Below, piece by piece: positions 31,450-43,884 of a stretch of DNA of 64,000 bases. Position 1 is the stretch's first letter. Each line of letters begins with the position of its first letter. A program made the translations under genes and the position numbers. Source of the DNA: a virus. Taxonomy: Duplodnaviria; Caudoviricetes. The notes beneath the pieces are model-generated. The model was not told where the DNA came from. It searched no databases and saw nothing but the letters and a program-made list of their open reading frames with translations. The stretch covers positions 96,001 to 160,000 of IMG/VR virus record IMGVR_UViG_3300014205_000003. One strand, 5' to 3'.

Positions 31450-32751
31450 ATGGCTTCCCGTCCAATGAAATCTGCCTACACTAACGAAACCTCCGGTACT
31501 ACTGTCGTCTATCCTGCTCTGGTGAAATCCACAGGCTATGAATGGATTCCTGCTAAGCTCTCCAGCTATCAGTCCGTTACTCGCCTGCGCTTCCTCCCAA
31601 GCTTCGATGAACGCGGTCAAGAACTGGATGCTCTCGTTCCAGACGGCAACAAAGAGAATCCCGATACCTGTCTTGGCGATGCCTTCATTAAGGAAGAAGT
31701 CTTTGCTTCCTACAAGAACGGCGTTCAAGCTCTTACCATTACCAGCTTGAATCCTCTTGATCGTAAGGGAAATCCCATCCCTATGACCAATCGTACAGTT
31801 GCCAACAATATCGTTGGTGCTTATAATTGGCAGTGCGCTACGTCTGAACTGCGTACGCAGAAGGGCTACGAAGCTACCGCTCCTGACAACTGGGTTCAGC
31901 TCTTCCGCAAGAAGGTTACCAACAACAATAAGCCGAAGAGTGCTCTGCTTACTCGTTGTCTTGCTATTCAGGTTGACGGACAGTGCCGCTACGATCAGCA
32001 GAAGAACATCAGTCCGTACTTGGGCGTCTTTCAGATTCCTGCAAGTGCCTTGGCTTCCTTCTATGAGAATCTGCTGAAGCGTCGTGATCCTAAAGTTGGG
32101 TTTGTTCCCAGCAATATGGTCGCTCAGGCTGACATGTTCAGCTGTCGCAGTGGTTATTCAATTGAGCTCAGTAAGACTCTGAAGAAGGGTCAGGATGGTA
32201 AGGACAGTGCTGTCTATACGCTGACTGCCTTTGAGCCTACGCCACTGCCTGTGGATCAGGTTCTGCAGATGTATCAGCCGTGGGACAAGTTGATTGTCTA
32301 TCCGACTATCGAAGATCAGATCGAGTTCTTCGTTGACTTACTTGGGCCTGAAGCTGTCGACTTCGGTTTGCGTGAGAGTCCCTTTGCGTCGTACATTCCT
32401 GCAGCGATTCAGGGAGCAGCTAAGGGGATTGTGCGCGAACAGTTGAAGTGGGATCAGGTCAAGGCTCTTCCTGTGAAGCAGTCCCCCAATGTTCACATGC
32501 CCACTCCTCCTGCCACTCCTCAGCAACCTGCTCCTGCGAAGGACAACATTGATTATGGGACTGCTCCTGCTCAGACTCAGGCAGCTCCTGCAATCAGTAT
32601 GCCTACGGCACGTCCTCCTGCGATGAAGGTTAGTGCTCCTACTGGAGATGAGCCTGACGAAGAGACTCCAGAGGCTCCTCCGAGTGCCAACGACTTCTCG
32701 AATCGTCTTGCCGGTATGGCAGGACAGTTCAAGTTGCCGACTAGCAAGTAA
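31450..32751 (+). CDS. Putative ssDNA-binding/recombination protein with a Pro/Ala-rich acidic tail
   Basis: LRFLP motif reminiscent of gp32-type SSBs; low-complexity C-terminus; located before recA; function inferred. Confidence 0.45.
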   Translation: MASRPMKSAYTNETSGTTVVYPALVKSTGYEWIPAKLSSYQSVTRLRFLPSFDERGQELDALVPDGNKENPDTCLGDAFIKEEVFASYKNGVQALTITSLNPLDRKGNPIPMTNRTVANNIVGAYNWQCATSELRTQKGYEATAPDNWVQLFRKKVTNNNKPKSALLTRCLAIQVDGQCRYDQQKNISPYLGVFQIPASALASFYENLLKRRDPKVGFVPSNMVAQADMFSCRSGYSIELSKTLKKGQDGKDSAVYTLTAFEPTPLPVDQVLQMYQPWDKLIVYPTIEDQIEFFVDLLGPEAVDFGLRESPFASYIPAAIQGAAKGIVREQLKWDQVKALPVKQSPNVHMPTPPATPQQPAPAKDNIDYGTAPAQTQAAPAISMPTARPPAMKVSAPTGDEPDEETPEAPPSANDFSNRLAGMAGQFKLPTSK

Positions 32752-32764
32752 GTAGTTCCTCCTG

Positions 32765-32803
32765 TCCCTAGGATTGCTCAGAAGTTCTGAGTGGTCCTAG
32801 GGA
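32765..32803 (+). terminator. Long intergenic stem-loop (terminator or processing site)
   Basis: TCCCTAGGATTGCTCAGA-agt-TCTGAGTGGTCCTAGGGA followed by TTCCTTT. Confidence 0.65.
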
Positions 32804-32850
32804 TTCCTTTCAAACGCACATCTGTGCACTTTACCAGAAGGATTCTGTAG

Positions 32851-33358
32851 ATGAGTCGTGCTTACAACATGCGTATCGTTGTTAATGCTTTTAATGCAGA
32901 CAAAAAAGCTGACATTAAGCAAGCAGTTGAAGCTGAGTGGGATATTGACGAGTGGGGTGTAGACGATTTATCAGACATTGAAGGCTATGGAGAATCTTCC
33001 TTGTGCGGTGGCGAAACTGAAGATGAGTTCTCTGTGAGGATTATGCAAGCTATTTGGAAAGCCAACGATGCGTACTGCAACGTTGAGGTCTATGCCACAG
33101 ACTTAGAGACATCAGCTGACGGTTATTACGGCGATCCAGAAGACTATGAAGCGTGGATAAATGCCAAAACAAAGTAACGACACTTGGTATTATGGCTCAG
33201 GTAAGTACAGGGTTCTCTGTGACATCTGCAAAGCACCTGTGAGTGATCGTCTTACAGATATGCGAGAACACTTGGTGGATAAGCATTTCCTGTCTGTGGA
33301 TGACATGGATGATAAAGACATTATTGATAGTTTCTCAGACAACAAAAAAGGTGAATAA
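32851..33358 (+). CDS. Two hypothetical proteins (32851..33177 acidic; 33161..33358 C2H2-like)
   Basis: ORF track; CDIC...HLVDKH. Confidence 0.65.
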
Positions 33359-33360
33359 TT

Positions 33361-34653
33361 ATGGCACGTACTCGCAATCCTGACGCTCCTGTTAAAGAGA
33401 AACCTGTCAAGACAGACTGCTTCCAAGATCAGCTCTTCGACGCAGCTGTCAAGCAGTTCGGAAGTGCTGTCTCAGGCTGGGACGACTTCCTGAAAAGTAC
33501 TTACGGTGTTCCTATCCATAACAATCTGCCCCTGCAGTACCTTGTGGGTGTTGATGTCATTCCTCTTGGTCGTATGATCAACGTTGTAGGTCCTTGGGGT
33601 GTGACTAAGAGTTCCTTCAGCTGGTACTTGGCAACTCTCTTCATGCGCTTCAGTGGCATGGTGATGTTTCTTGACTCTGAAGGCAAGTCGAATGAATCGC
33701 AGACTCGTGCAATGGTTTCTACCTATCTCGAGATGGAAAAGATGCACAACAAGTGGTTCCATCACGACAAAGCTACAACCCTTGATCAGCTGCTCGACTT
33801 CAACGTTTGGTACATCAAGCAGGTCTCTGAGATGGGTGGTAAGGCTATCAATACGCCTATCATGCTCTTGAACGACTCCCTTGGCGCTATCACCAGTGAA
33901 GAAGCTGTTGAAGGTCGTATGAACGATGAAGACATTAAGGGCTTCTCCGCTGCACGTAATGCTTCTAAGCTGAAGGAAGATATCCAAGTCTTTGCAAGTG
34001 TTCTTAGGAATACACCTATTACTGGTTTGTACATCAACCATCAGAAGAAGGTTGTTGATCAGAATGGTGGACGAGCTTCTTATCTGCCTGCTTTGAAGTC
34101 TGAAACTGGCGGCGAGCATCAGCGCTTCCAGTACACTTGGATTCTTGAACTGAATCAGATTCGTACCGACAAAGGTATTGAGAATCAGATTCCAGTCTTC
34201 AAGATTACTACCAAGAAGAATGCGACTGGTCCTAAGCGCGACAAGGGCATTGAAGTGCCCTACGAACGCTTGTGGAGGGGTGAACAGGTAGAAGGCAATG
34301 AGTTGCTCTGGTATGATTGGAATGCGTCTCTGGCGATGCTTCTGACAGATGATAAGATCATGGACTTGGCTGAAGTGGCTAAGGTCTTTGACATTACCTG
34401 TAAGGGTAATCGCTATTCCAGTAAGGAGCTTGGTTTGGATAAGGTGATGGATCGTGAGATGGGAGCGGCGATCCATGCCAATCCAGAACTCGTAAAACGT
34501 CTGCAGGATACTGTTTTGCAGATTCGCAGGAAACCTACATATGGAAAACTCATCGACGGCATCGATCGCGGCAATCCTGGAGTCGAACTTCTTGCAGCAC
34601 CAGCAGGAAGCGATGGGCAAGAAATGTCAGGAAGCCCGGAACAAGCTCCTTAA
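33361..34653 (+). CDS. recA: RecA/UvsX-like recombinase
   Basis: IPLGRMINVVGPWGVTKS, FLDSE, LNDSLGA, YINHQK, ETGG. Confidence 0.85.
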   Translation: MARTRNPDAPVKEKPVKTDCFQDQLFDAAVKQFGSAVSGWDDFLKSTYGVPIHNNLPLQYLVGVDVIPLGRMINVVGPWGVTKSSFSWYLATLFMRFSGMVMFLDSEGKSNESQTRAMVSTYLEMEKMHNKWFHHDKATTLDQLLDFNVWYIKQVSEMGGKAINTPIMLLNDSLGAITSEEAVEGRMNDEDIKGFSAARNASKLKEDIQVFASVLRNTPITGLYINHQKKVVDQNGGRASYLPALKSETGGEHQRFQYTWILELNQIRTDKGIENQIPVFKITTKKNATGPKRDKGIEVPYERLWRGEQVEGNELLWYDWNASLAMLLTDDKIMDLAEVAKVFDITCKGNRYSSKELGLDKVMDREMGAAIHANPELVKRLQDTVLQIRRKPTYGKLIDGIDRGNPGVELLAAPAGSDGQEMSGSPEQAP

Positions 34654-35131
34654 GAAAGTCTACTTGAGGATCTGTCCGTTCTTTGAAGTAACACAGCAGG
34701 ACGTCTACAATCTTTGGAACAATGAGTATGACGATCCTGCTACGTTACTCAAGGATTACTGCAAGAACACAAGTGTCTTAGGTCGACTGGAAGTTTGCAC
34801 AGATACGTTTACATTAGCTGAATTCTTTCACACGAAGTTCCCAAAGTCCGACTTGGGTAAGAAGTTAATTGAAAGACATAAAGAGAGTTCGGGTAGTGTT
34901 ACAGCTATTCGGATAACGGGTCTAGGACTTTGGTACTTGACTGGAAAGAATCCTGTACAGACTATTGCAGGATGTCCTTATTTGTATTTGCCTTTGTTGG
35001 AATCAGCAAACAATCTGGCTAGAAGTTATTACGCATATCCTGAGAGAGCTTTCCTGTCGATGTTCAAGACTGCCAACATTGACTTGAGCTCTATGAAGGA
35101 ACCTAAAGATGACACGGAGTATTATCGATGA
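34613..35131 (+). CDS. Hypothetical protein
   Basis: ORF overlapping the recA 3' end. Confidence 0.65.
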   Translation: MGKKCQEARNKLLKKVYLRICPFFEVTQQDVYNLWNNEYDDPATLLKDYCKNTSVLGRLEVCTDTFTLAEFFHTKFPKSDLGKKLIERHKESSGSVTAIRITGLGLWYLTGKNPVQTIAGCPYLYLPLLESANNLARSYYAYPERAFLSMFKTANIDLSSMKEPKDDTEYYR

Positions 35132-35676
35132 TTGATCTTGTAAAACTTCATCTAGGTTGTGGGAAGGTTATCCTTCCGGGCTTTGTAAACATGGATGCTA
35201 GACAGTTGGAAGGTGTAGACATTGTAACAGATGTCTTCACCTTGCCTACTGTTGAGAAGAACTCTGTAGACTTGATCTACGCATCTCATATCTTTGAGCA
35301 TGTTCCTCGACCAGACACGAAGAAGGTACTTACACGTTGGTATGATGTGCTGAAGCCTGGTGGAACTTTACGTCTGGCAGTTCCCAACTTCTTAGCAATT
35401 GTAGAGCAGTACAATGAGAAGAGTAACTTGAAAGAGTTGTTAGGATTGCTGTATGGACGTCAGGACTATCCCGGAAACGCACACATGTGCACTTATGACA
35501 TGTGGACTTTGCATGATCTGTTAGTGGAAGTAGGCTTTCCTCATCCGAGGAGATACGACTGGCATGACACAGAGCACGCAGATGTGGATGATTGTTCGCA
35601 AAGTTTTCTCCCGCATCTTGATAAGATCTACGGAAGACTGATGTCCCTAAACATGGAAGCAAGGAAACCTAAATGA
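35128..35676 (+). CDS. Class I SAM-dependent methyltransferase
   Basis: KLHLGCG, SHIFEH, VLKPGG.L..AVP. Confidence 0.85.
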   Translation: MIDLVKLHLGCGKVILPGFVNMDARQLEGVDIVTDVFTLPTVEKNSVDLIYASHIFEHVPRPDTKKVLTRWYDVLKPGGTLRLAVPNFLAIVEQYNEKSNLKELLGLLYGRQDYPGNAHMCTYDMWTLHDLLVEVGFPHPRRYDWHDTEHADVDDCSQSFLPHLDKIYGRLMSLNMEARKPK

Positions 35677-35851
35677 AAAGTAGGATTGAAGTGCTTGAAG
35701 GTGTTTTGAAGATTGATGAACATGATTATATGGGTGGTGCGTCTGTCAACAAGTACTGTCTGTCAGATCTGTTTGAAGACCACAACGGCAAACGCATTCG
35801 TGTCACTGTACAAGTACTCGACGAAGAAGAACAAGAAAAGGATTGGGAAAC

Positions 35852-36355
35852 ATGATCTACATCGGAATAGACAACGGAGTCTCTGGAAGTATTGGAATTG
35901 TTGCCGATGACGGCACAGTTCTCCACTTCGGCCCAACGCCTGTCAAAGAGTACTTGAACTATGTGAAGAAAGTCGCTCACATCAATCGACTCGATCGTCC
36001 TGTCTTCAAGGACTTGCTTGCCAAGTACAGTTCGGTTGCTGGACAAGTGCGTATAGGCATTGAACGTCCTATGGTGAATCCTATGCGATTTGCCGCTACT
36101 ATCAGTGCTGTCCGAATGCTTGAGGCAATGGAAGGTGTGTTGGAAGACATGCAGCTTCCGGTGACCAAGTATGTAGACTCTAAGGAATGGCAGAAGAAAC
36201 TGCTTCCAGAGGGCATTAAGGGCAGTGAAGACTTGAAGAGGGCATCTATGGAGGTAGGCACTCGTATGTGGCCTGCTCAAGCCCTTGCTATCAAGAAGCA
36301 GAAGGATGCAGACGGGCTAATGATTGCAGAGCACCTTAGGAGGATTCGAGTGTGA
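35852..36355 (+). CDS. RuvC-like Holliday junction resolvase
   Basis: YIGIDNGVSG, IGIERP, WQK, DADGLMIA. Confidence 0.8.
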   Translation: MIYIGIDNGVSGSIGIVADDGTVLHFGPTPVKEYLNYVKKVAHINRLDRPVFKDLLAKYSSVAGQVRIGIERPMVNPMRFAATISAVRMLEAMEGVLEDMQLPVTKYVDSKEWQKKLLPEGIKGSEDLKRASMEVGTRMWPAQALAIKKQKDADGLMIAEHLRRIRV

Positions 36356-38344
36356 ATAGCGCTAAAGGAATGTCCATTACGATCTGGCATCCTGTAGATG
36401 GCTACTGGCATCAACTAATCCAGATCAGTAAAGGTAACACTCGCGAGTACTACACCAACGGTGTGCTAGAGCGCGTAGAGACTCTTAATCCTGACGGTAG
36501 TTTGAAGAAGTCTGTTGTTAAAGTCAAACCTGAAAACAAAGTAACCAAAAACAAAAAGAAAGACTCATCAAATGGCTAAGAAGAAAACCGAAGAGGTTTC
36601 AATCATCCCCCAGGAACGTGTTGAGATTATGTTCGACGCAGCTGTGGAAACGTTTCTCCCTCACACTGCAGTTGAGATGACTGCAGCGCTTCCTACAGAT
36701 CGTGCTGGCTGTATGAAGCTCCTGATCTGCAACAGTGTCTCTGCTTGTCGCTACAACAGTATGCGCAAGTGGCACATTGGTCGCATCATCAGTGAACTCG
36801 ATGCCCGTGGTGAAGAGAAGGTGATGGAAGAAGCCGCTAAGCTTACTGGCTATAAGACTCGTGAGCTTCAGCACAGCATCAAGCTGTATAAGGACTATCC
36901 GAATGTCTTGGATGTCATCAACCTTGCCTCTGTGGGCTTGGAGATGATTCAGTTCAAGCAGCTTGGAACTATTCGTAATCCAGAGTCGCGCAAGCAGCTG
37001 ACTGAGAAAGTCCTTGAGGGCAAGCTCAGCAAAGATGATTTGGCTAAGTCTGTGGACTCAGTCGTAGCTAAAGAAAAAGCTGCGAAGAAGTCTGAGAAAG
37101 ATGCCGAAGCTGATCCTGATGCTCCTCCTGCAGAAGAGGAAGTTCCGAAGCCCAACTACAAGAGCTTGTATGCTCGCACCGAAGAGCTGATGCTTCTGTT
37201 CATCAAGAACCTGCAGAACTACGAGAAAGAGCACACGGACATGTTGGAGTGGATCGGTGACCCTCAGCGTGTTCCTGCAGAAGAGTTCGATGCTGCTATG
37301 GCGATCTTCGAGGACAAGGTTGAGAAGCCGATGGAGAAGGCTCTGAAGGAACTCAACGCTACTGTCAAAGTGCTGAAGACGAAGGCTGATGAACAGGTTG
37401 AGCGTGGAAAGGTTGCTACAGCAGCGGCTAAGAAAGGGTAAGTACAGATGATAAAAGGACGTGCTTGGTTCTCTGCAGATGATCCTATCTGTCCTGGTGG
37501 AGTAGCTTCTTACGTGAAGACGAACAGTCTTGTCTATCAAGACTTGATTGAAGCTAATCTGTTAGGTGTCAAGTGGGGTTTTACAGAACTGCAGCAAGCT
37601 TGGGACGTCCTTGCGGAGTACACGAAGGATACTGCTCACAATGCGGTATCCTCGTGGCTCTGCAACTTTACAGGACGTGAGCTCTTACAAGAAGATCTGC
37701 AGAACCTAGCGGATACGTTTACAGGATGGCTTCCAGAGTTCTCTCAAGGATACACATTCAACAAGTGGACTGGTGGATGTGGTGTGTGGGCTTTTCTGCA
37801 CATCACTGACTGCAAGCTCTATCCAGACTTCGAACGACGTTACCAGATCACTACAAAGGTTATGAGCGGTCCTGCTTCAGGTCTTATTACACATCAGCAA
37901 ATCTCTCGCAAGTTCTCTTACAGAATGCTTCATCTGCTTGGACTTCCTTATCCTCCGTATGGTGAGGAAGGAATCGATCCTCTGAATCTTGGTGACTTGT
38001 GGATGATTGCTTGGCTGGTTCCTACTCCTAAGGGAATCTCAGTAGACAACATCTCTGCAAGTCCTACGATCAAGAAGCACAACGTCAATATTGTAGAGAG
38101 GCGTAAGGGTAAGTGTACTGGACCTGCGCGAATAGCTACTGGATGCACAGTGTTGTGTCCTGTCGGACGAAAGCTCTGTAGTTGTAGTACACATACGCAG
38201 GATTATCCAATTGCCAACTGCAAGAATGTAGTAACTCCTCACAGGGGCTACATAGCAAATGAAGGATGGTGTTCTAAATGCTTGAGAGAAGGCAGATTCC
38301 TATCCAAGAAGGATGTGTACAATGATCGCGGTGCCGGGAGGTAA
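36352..38344 (+). CDS. Three hypothetical proteins (36352..36579, 36572..37441 helical, 37448..38344 with a Cys-rich C-terminus)
   Basis: Long coupled ORFs. Confidence 0.7.
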
Positions 38345-38765
38345 CTTCTTAGCAGAGAGTACATCTGGTGGGAAGTATTGGATATACGATAAGATTGATT
38401 TGCAGTACAAAGCTCTTAACGTCTCTGGTAACATTATTAAGGATGTCGTTGTAGAGGAGTTTCCATTCTTCTTTGTGTCTCCTGCAGACTGGAAGACGAT
38501 CTCTGGTTGTACTGCGTTCTTGTTTGATAGTCTTACAGGATCAGACTTATACAGCGGATACCTAGAACTCAAAGGTAGTCTACACCTTAGTGAAATCTAC
38601 GTTCGTCACAAGATTCTAGGATGTGAAGGTGATGGTCCTGTTCCTTGGGGGGACTTCCTGTCGAAGATCTTCAAGTACAAGGAGCAGCACGGAGGTTGGT
38701 CTCCTAGCGCTACAGAGCAGCAGATCAACTACTTTACGGTTTTGAAAACAGTGTCTAATCTCTAA
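38313..38765 (+). CDS. Hypothetical protein ending VLKTVSNL ('I.NL' tag family candidate)
   Basis: C-terminus matches the 8628..11907 array; start codon uncertain. Confidence 0.6.
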   Translation: MCTMIAVPGGNFLAESTSGGKYWIYDKIDLQYKALNVSGNIIKDVVVEEFPFFFVSPADWKTISGCTAFLFDSLTGSDLYSGYLELKGSLHLSEIYVRHKILGCEGDGPVPWGDFLSKIFKYKEQHGGWSPSATEQQINYFTVLKTVSNL

Positions 38766-38776
38766 AAGGAACTTCT

Positions 38777-41700
38777 GTGTCTGAAACAACGATTGTGTGG
38801 AAAGCTCCTAGGCCTATTGGAAGTAACGGAATGGAACTTCCAGCGGGTTCTGGCATTCCCGTAATGAGGCCGCGTTTGAAAAGCAAATGCTATCGCAGAG
38901 ATATGATTGCGCTTTTGGAGGAGGTTCAGGATGATCTGGCAAGGGCTTTATGTTCTTCTAGTTTCTGTGATGGCCCTATGCGTCCTGGACACATGTGCCC
39001 TAAATGTCAAGCAATACGAAAAGTCGGAACAGTTCTTGCAACATTGAAATCACAACTGTAAGGAAAACAAGTATGACTCAAACAATCGGTGAACTCGCAA
39101 ACAAACCCAAGACGATCTTCGGTGTCTCCAAAGGTGAACAAGAGTTCGTCTTCATGCGTGACTTCTACAATCTCTTGGACATCCTGCAGAAGACTGCCTT
39201 GACTACTTCTTGGCTTGCCATTGAAGAAGATCACAAGGACAAGCAGGACGAACTCGACAAGGCCAACAAGTACTTGACGAAGGTTGGAGCTGTTGGTAAG
39301 TCGATCTTTGCCTTGGGCTCTTCGAAGCGTCCAGAAGCTTGTCATGCTCTTCGAGACTTGATGGTGGAAGCTGAAGCAGATCCAATAAAGGCTAAGTGCT
39401 TTGGTACATATGCTGTAGCGTTCCTGCAGGCAACTCTGAGTATGCCTTTGCTGATTCCAGAGTTTGGTAAGGCTTTGAGTGACAATCTGGATGACGATGT
39501 CCGCATGCACTCAATGTTGCTTACAGGGCTCGAGCAGCTTGGGGATGATGACCGTCGAAAGATGGTAAGTGCTTTGACAGCTTGCGGAGTGTTCAGCAGC
39601 AGTTTCAATGTAACAGCTATCAAGCGGACGCTTCCTGCAGATGTGAAGAAGCTGATGGAAGACTTGGATGGTAAGAAAGACGAACCTAGTGTTTGAGAAA
39701 GCTCCTCCCTATAAAGGAAAAGTTACGCTGTACTCTCAAGACTGCTGTCACGTTATCCAAACGTTTGAGGTTGGTGAGGCGCAATACTACAACGCGTTTG
39801 GGAATTGTGCATTCTTCAAGGATCTGGCCCTTCACCCTATTATGGAAACAAGTCTTCCGTTCACCCTTGAGGAAGATGCTGACCAGCACGGCTATCGAGG
39901 TATGGGTTATATCGATTACTCCACAGAAGCTCCTAAGGGTGAGGTGAAGATCTTACGTAATGATGGAACAATTCTACTACAGTGTATACACTTAGGTTGT
40001 CACCAGCACTACGGCTTGTGGGAGATTCACAAGGAAGATGGAAGTGTCATCAGAACAAATATGGGAGTGATTCTTACTCCTCTCAAGAAAGACAAAGATG
40101 AAACCTAAACCTGTTGCAGGTCAGCAGATCTTCAACTTGCCTTGCGGCAATGTTGCCAGAGGCCTGAAAGACGAAGACCGAAAGCTTGTTCCCTTTACTG
40201 TCACAAAGGTAGGCAACAAGTACTTCTGGGCAACTGACAGCCGTTTCGTACAGATCGTAGACGGCAAACCACAATGTGGTTGCAGAACTACCAAGTTTGA
40301 CATCCAGACTTGGTACGAGGTCTCTGAATACAGTCCGTGTCACCAGCTCTACGAAACTGAACAGTTGTGGAAAGATGATCAAGAGCGTTCAAGACTCTGG
40401 ACGAAGATCAAAGACCTAACAGATTACTACACCTGTAAGTCTTCTTGTTACTCGCTGGAGACACTTCGTGCAGTTGTAGATCTATTGATCACTGACAGAC
40501 AGAAAGAACAACAAAATGCTTCTGCTTAATCGCATATGCTCTATCCTTGACAAGCAGCCAGCTAATACTGTCTTTGCGCAGTGGGATGGCGCCGTCTACA
40601 AGGATGAAGATGAGCTTGTTCGCTATGATAAGTTCTTCCTCATGATCGTCAGGAAGCTGAAAGGCAAGTACATCTTTCAGAAGATTCCTGCATGCTTGGG
40701 TAAGCTTCCAAATAATGAAGCGTATATCCATTACACAGATGTACCGCTGGTACGTGTATTGAATGGTAAGCGCAAAGACAAGTGTTATGCTGCCGATGGC
40801 TCGTTCATGGAAGACGAGAAGACTGAAGTAGCAGGAATCTGGAAAGAGCTTGAGTACGGACAGAAGGGTTGGTTCTTCTCTAGGAAGTACGCTCCTGACC
40901 TCTATTATCTTGACATCATCGAAGGAATTGAGACTGAAGGGTATGTTCCGTGGAAAGTACCTACTTGGTACATCACAGGCAAGGACACTCCAGAATTCGA
41001 GTTGTTTGTTAGAAAAAGTGCTTCTGTTTTTCTAAATCGATTCCGTCGAGATAATGAGAATGCTTGGCAGACATTCAGTCGAGTAAAAGCATCGTTGAGT
41101 GTAGATGCTGGTACAGACAGTTATGGAAATGCTCGAATCGGCTATCCCTTCAGTTTGGTGTATGGGCGTGGAGTGAAGGCTGCAGATCCTATATCTTGCG
41201 GCTTCTGGATGAAGAGTACAGTTGCAGAGATGACTCGAGAGTTGCCTGCGATGCACATAACACTGGAGGAGGATAAGTGAGTAAAGCTGAATTGGAAAAG
41301 CAAGTGAAACTGATGGACGCGATTCTGGAGAACTACGAAGGTCGCATCAGTACATTGGAAGTCTTGAACGCTGATCTGACTCGACGTGTTGAAGATCTTT
41401 CAATTGACGTGGAAGAGCTTCGTGTGGTTAATCAGAAAACAACAACAACTAAGAGGGCTTGGTAAATGGAATCACTTGAAAAGAAGGTAGAGCTTCTGCA
41501 AGAGATGATTGTTCGACTTCACGAACAAGATATGCAGTTGGTGCGAGATCTTGGAAAAGCCATTAAGAACCAAAGTGTTCTAGCTCAACAAGTAAATGAC
41601 CTTGCAGGTATGTGCACACAACTTGCTATGCATATGAGGAAAGACTAATGCCTTTCACACAGCAAAACATTCCTGCAGAGTTGTTCTTGTCCTACAAAGG

Positions 41701-42607
41701 TGTGGAGATCTACCACAACTACAAGGACGACGATATGGATAATGGTCCGATGACGTATTGGTATGTCTTTGACGAAAATCACAACAGTATTCACGCCTTT
41801 GATATTCGAGAGATTCCAGGCTTTGTTGATTATGTGTATCCTAAGGATCCTGTTAAAGACTTCTCAAAGGAATACGCAAAGCACAGGAATCACCTGAAGA
41901 AGTTCTTCAGGACGGTGATCGACTCTGGAAGGCTTCAAGAATTCAAGAAGAAACACGAGCAAGGTGAAGAATGAATGCTTGTAGAGATCACGATAACTGT
42001 ATTGTTGTCTACGAAGCTTACACATGTCCTGTTTGTGTAATGCAGGATGAGCTGGATGCTAGGATTACACAGTTGGAACAAGAGAACGACTCTTTGCGTT
42101 TAGATAATGAAAGACTCAAAGATCAAATCTCCGACATGTCCGATCAGATCAAAGCACTGGAGTAACTATGAAAATCTGTAACAATCATTGGACACCTGAC
42201 GGACAACGCTTTGAAGTTCACTACCCAGATCATCAGTGGGTAGTCTGTCCTGTATGCTCTAGCACTGATGCAGAGCGTATAGACGATCTTGAAGATGCCC
42301 TTTCAGAGGCTGATCTGAAGTATATAGATCTGCAGGATGCTTTCGACGACTACAAGGAAAGGTACCCATGAGTGAAAAGTTTGTTTGTTCCGACTGTGGA
42401 TCACCCACAGACTACGGTTATTACAAAGGCGAGTTCCTTGTATCGCCTTGCGAGGTCTGTAAAAAAGCTGCTGAGGTTTTGCTTACTGCGAAACTAGAAA
42501 CACTTCGTCAACAGTTAACTATTCACACCGACAGTCTTTTACACACGATCTTGCAAATTACGAAAGACAAAAACTCATTGTTACCAGAAAGTAAAAACCC
42601 TGTATGA
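38777..42607 (+). CDS. Run of about 11 hypothetical proteins (38777, 39073, 39668, 40098, 40516, 41277, 41466, 41648, 41971, 42168, 42368 starts), several coiled-coil or CxxC
   Basis: Contiguous + strand ORFs. Confidence 0.65.
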
Positions 42608-43230
42608 ACGTTTCACAGTGGTTCAGGTCTAACGGAGTATCTCTGAAGGATGCTGGAATCATCACTCTTGCCTCTGAAAGTTATGCCCTCAACAGCAATC
42701 CTCTGTCCATTACAACTTGTGACTTCGGTGACAACAAGACGCTGAAGACAATGTTCATTGATGGTGGTGATCCTTCCAAAGGAAACACCTTCCACAACAT
42801 TGAGAGTCGTGTCTACTATCAAGAGAAGATCGGCATACCAAATGCCATGGAACAAGTGGAAAACTGGTTTAAAGCTCATCCCATTGTCTTTACATACTCT
42901 GTATCCAGATTCACTCGTCCCTTCCTGCTGAAGATCACTCCTAACGTCCACAAGTATGCGATGATGGACATCGTCAGCATGTACAAGTGCTTGGACAGTG
43001 GATGTCTGAGTGAAGCGTTGTCAGACTCGAAAACCTTTTCGGATTTGATCAATGCTTGTGACAACAGTGGAGAGAAAAGTGGTAAAGGGTTTGCCATTGC
43101 AGATCTGATTGGCAGAACGTCGTTCTCTCTACGTGCAGGATCATTTGCGAGTCAGGGACAGGTTCCTGGATATCTGATGAGAACGTTTGAAGTGTCTGCA
43201 CTCCTCAACCACATACTATTGATGGATTAG
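42604..43230 (+). CDS. Hypothetical protein, possibly a degenerate DnaQ-like exonuclease fold
   Basis: FHNI and YSVSRFTRPFL resemble DEDDh spacing but the acidic residues are missing. Confidence 0.35.
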   Translation: MNVSQWFRSNGVSLKDAGIITLASESYALNSNPLSITTCDFGDNKTLKTMFIDGGDPSKGNTFHNIESRVYYQEKIGIPNAMEQVENWFKAHPIVFTYSVSRFTRPFLLKITPNVHKYAMMDIVSMYKCLDSGCLSEALSDSKTFSDLINACDNSGEKSGKGFAIADLIGRTSFSLRAGSFASQGQVPGYLMRTFEVSALLNHILLMD

Positions 43231-43428
43231 CATGAACAAGACAGAGATCCTTCTTGTGCGTGAAGCTATGGAAGAACTTACCAACATGCCTTGTGGAGCT
43301 ATTGGCGCGGTTGGTCCAACGCTGTATGAGCTGGATGACTATGCAGAGAAGCACGGTCAGCCTATTGAAAACGACGCAATGTATCACTGCACTCAACGCG
43401 CTTGGCGACTTCTAGAAAGGGTTTTGCC

Positions 43429-43632
43429 ATGAACAAAAACGGTTACGATTACTACGTCAAACGTACTGGAGGCTTTCAAGCGCCTCTTACAGAACATCAG
43501 GAAACAGCACTTCGTCTTCACAACGGTCAGCTGACACATACTGCGCTTGCACGTTTCAAAGCTCCTCCTTATGGTCCTTGCCCATGCAACTCCGGTTTGA
43601 AGTTTCGCTTCTGCTGCATGAAGAAAGTCTGA
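43429..43632 (+). CDS. SEC-C motif protein
   Basis: CPCNSGLKFRFCC. Confidence 0.8.
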   Translation: MNKNGYDYYVKRTGGFQAPLTEHQETALRLHNGQLTHTALARFKAPPYGPCPCNSGLKFRFCCMKKV

Positions 43633-43884
43633 CAATGATACAGCAGATGACAATGTTTGAAGCCTCGCTGAGAGCTCATGAACTTATGTGGAAGCAGATA
43701 GATGAACACAGTCTCGGAGAGGTTGTTACTCAGTTGAGTAATTTTTACGAGTGTGCTAAACATGTAATTCCAGAAGTTCCGTTTCTTTATGAAGCTGCTA
43801 AAGAATTGCAGGCTTTTAAAGGACATGCGGACTCATGTAATTGTGATACGTGTACCACTATTCGAGAAATGGAGAAACTCGTAA

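Noticed and set aside
33472-34620. Long minus-strand ORFs (also 3298..4125 and 17152..17934)
   Set aside because: Antisense shadows of well-supported + strand genes, with no motifs or RBS.
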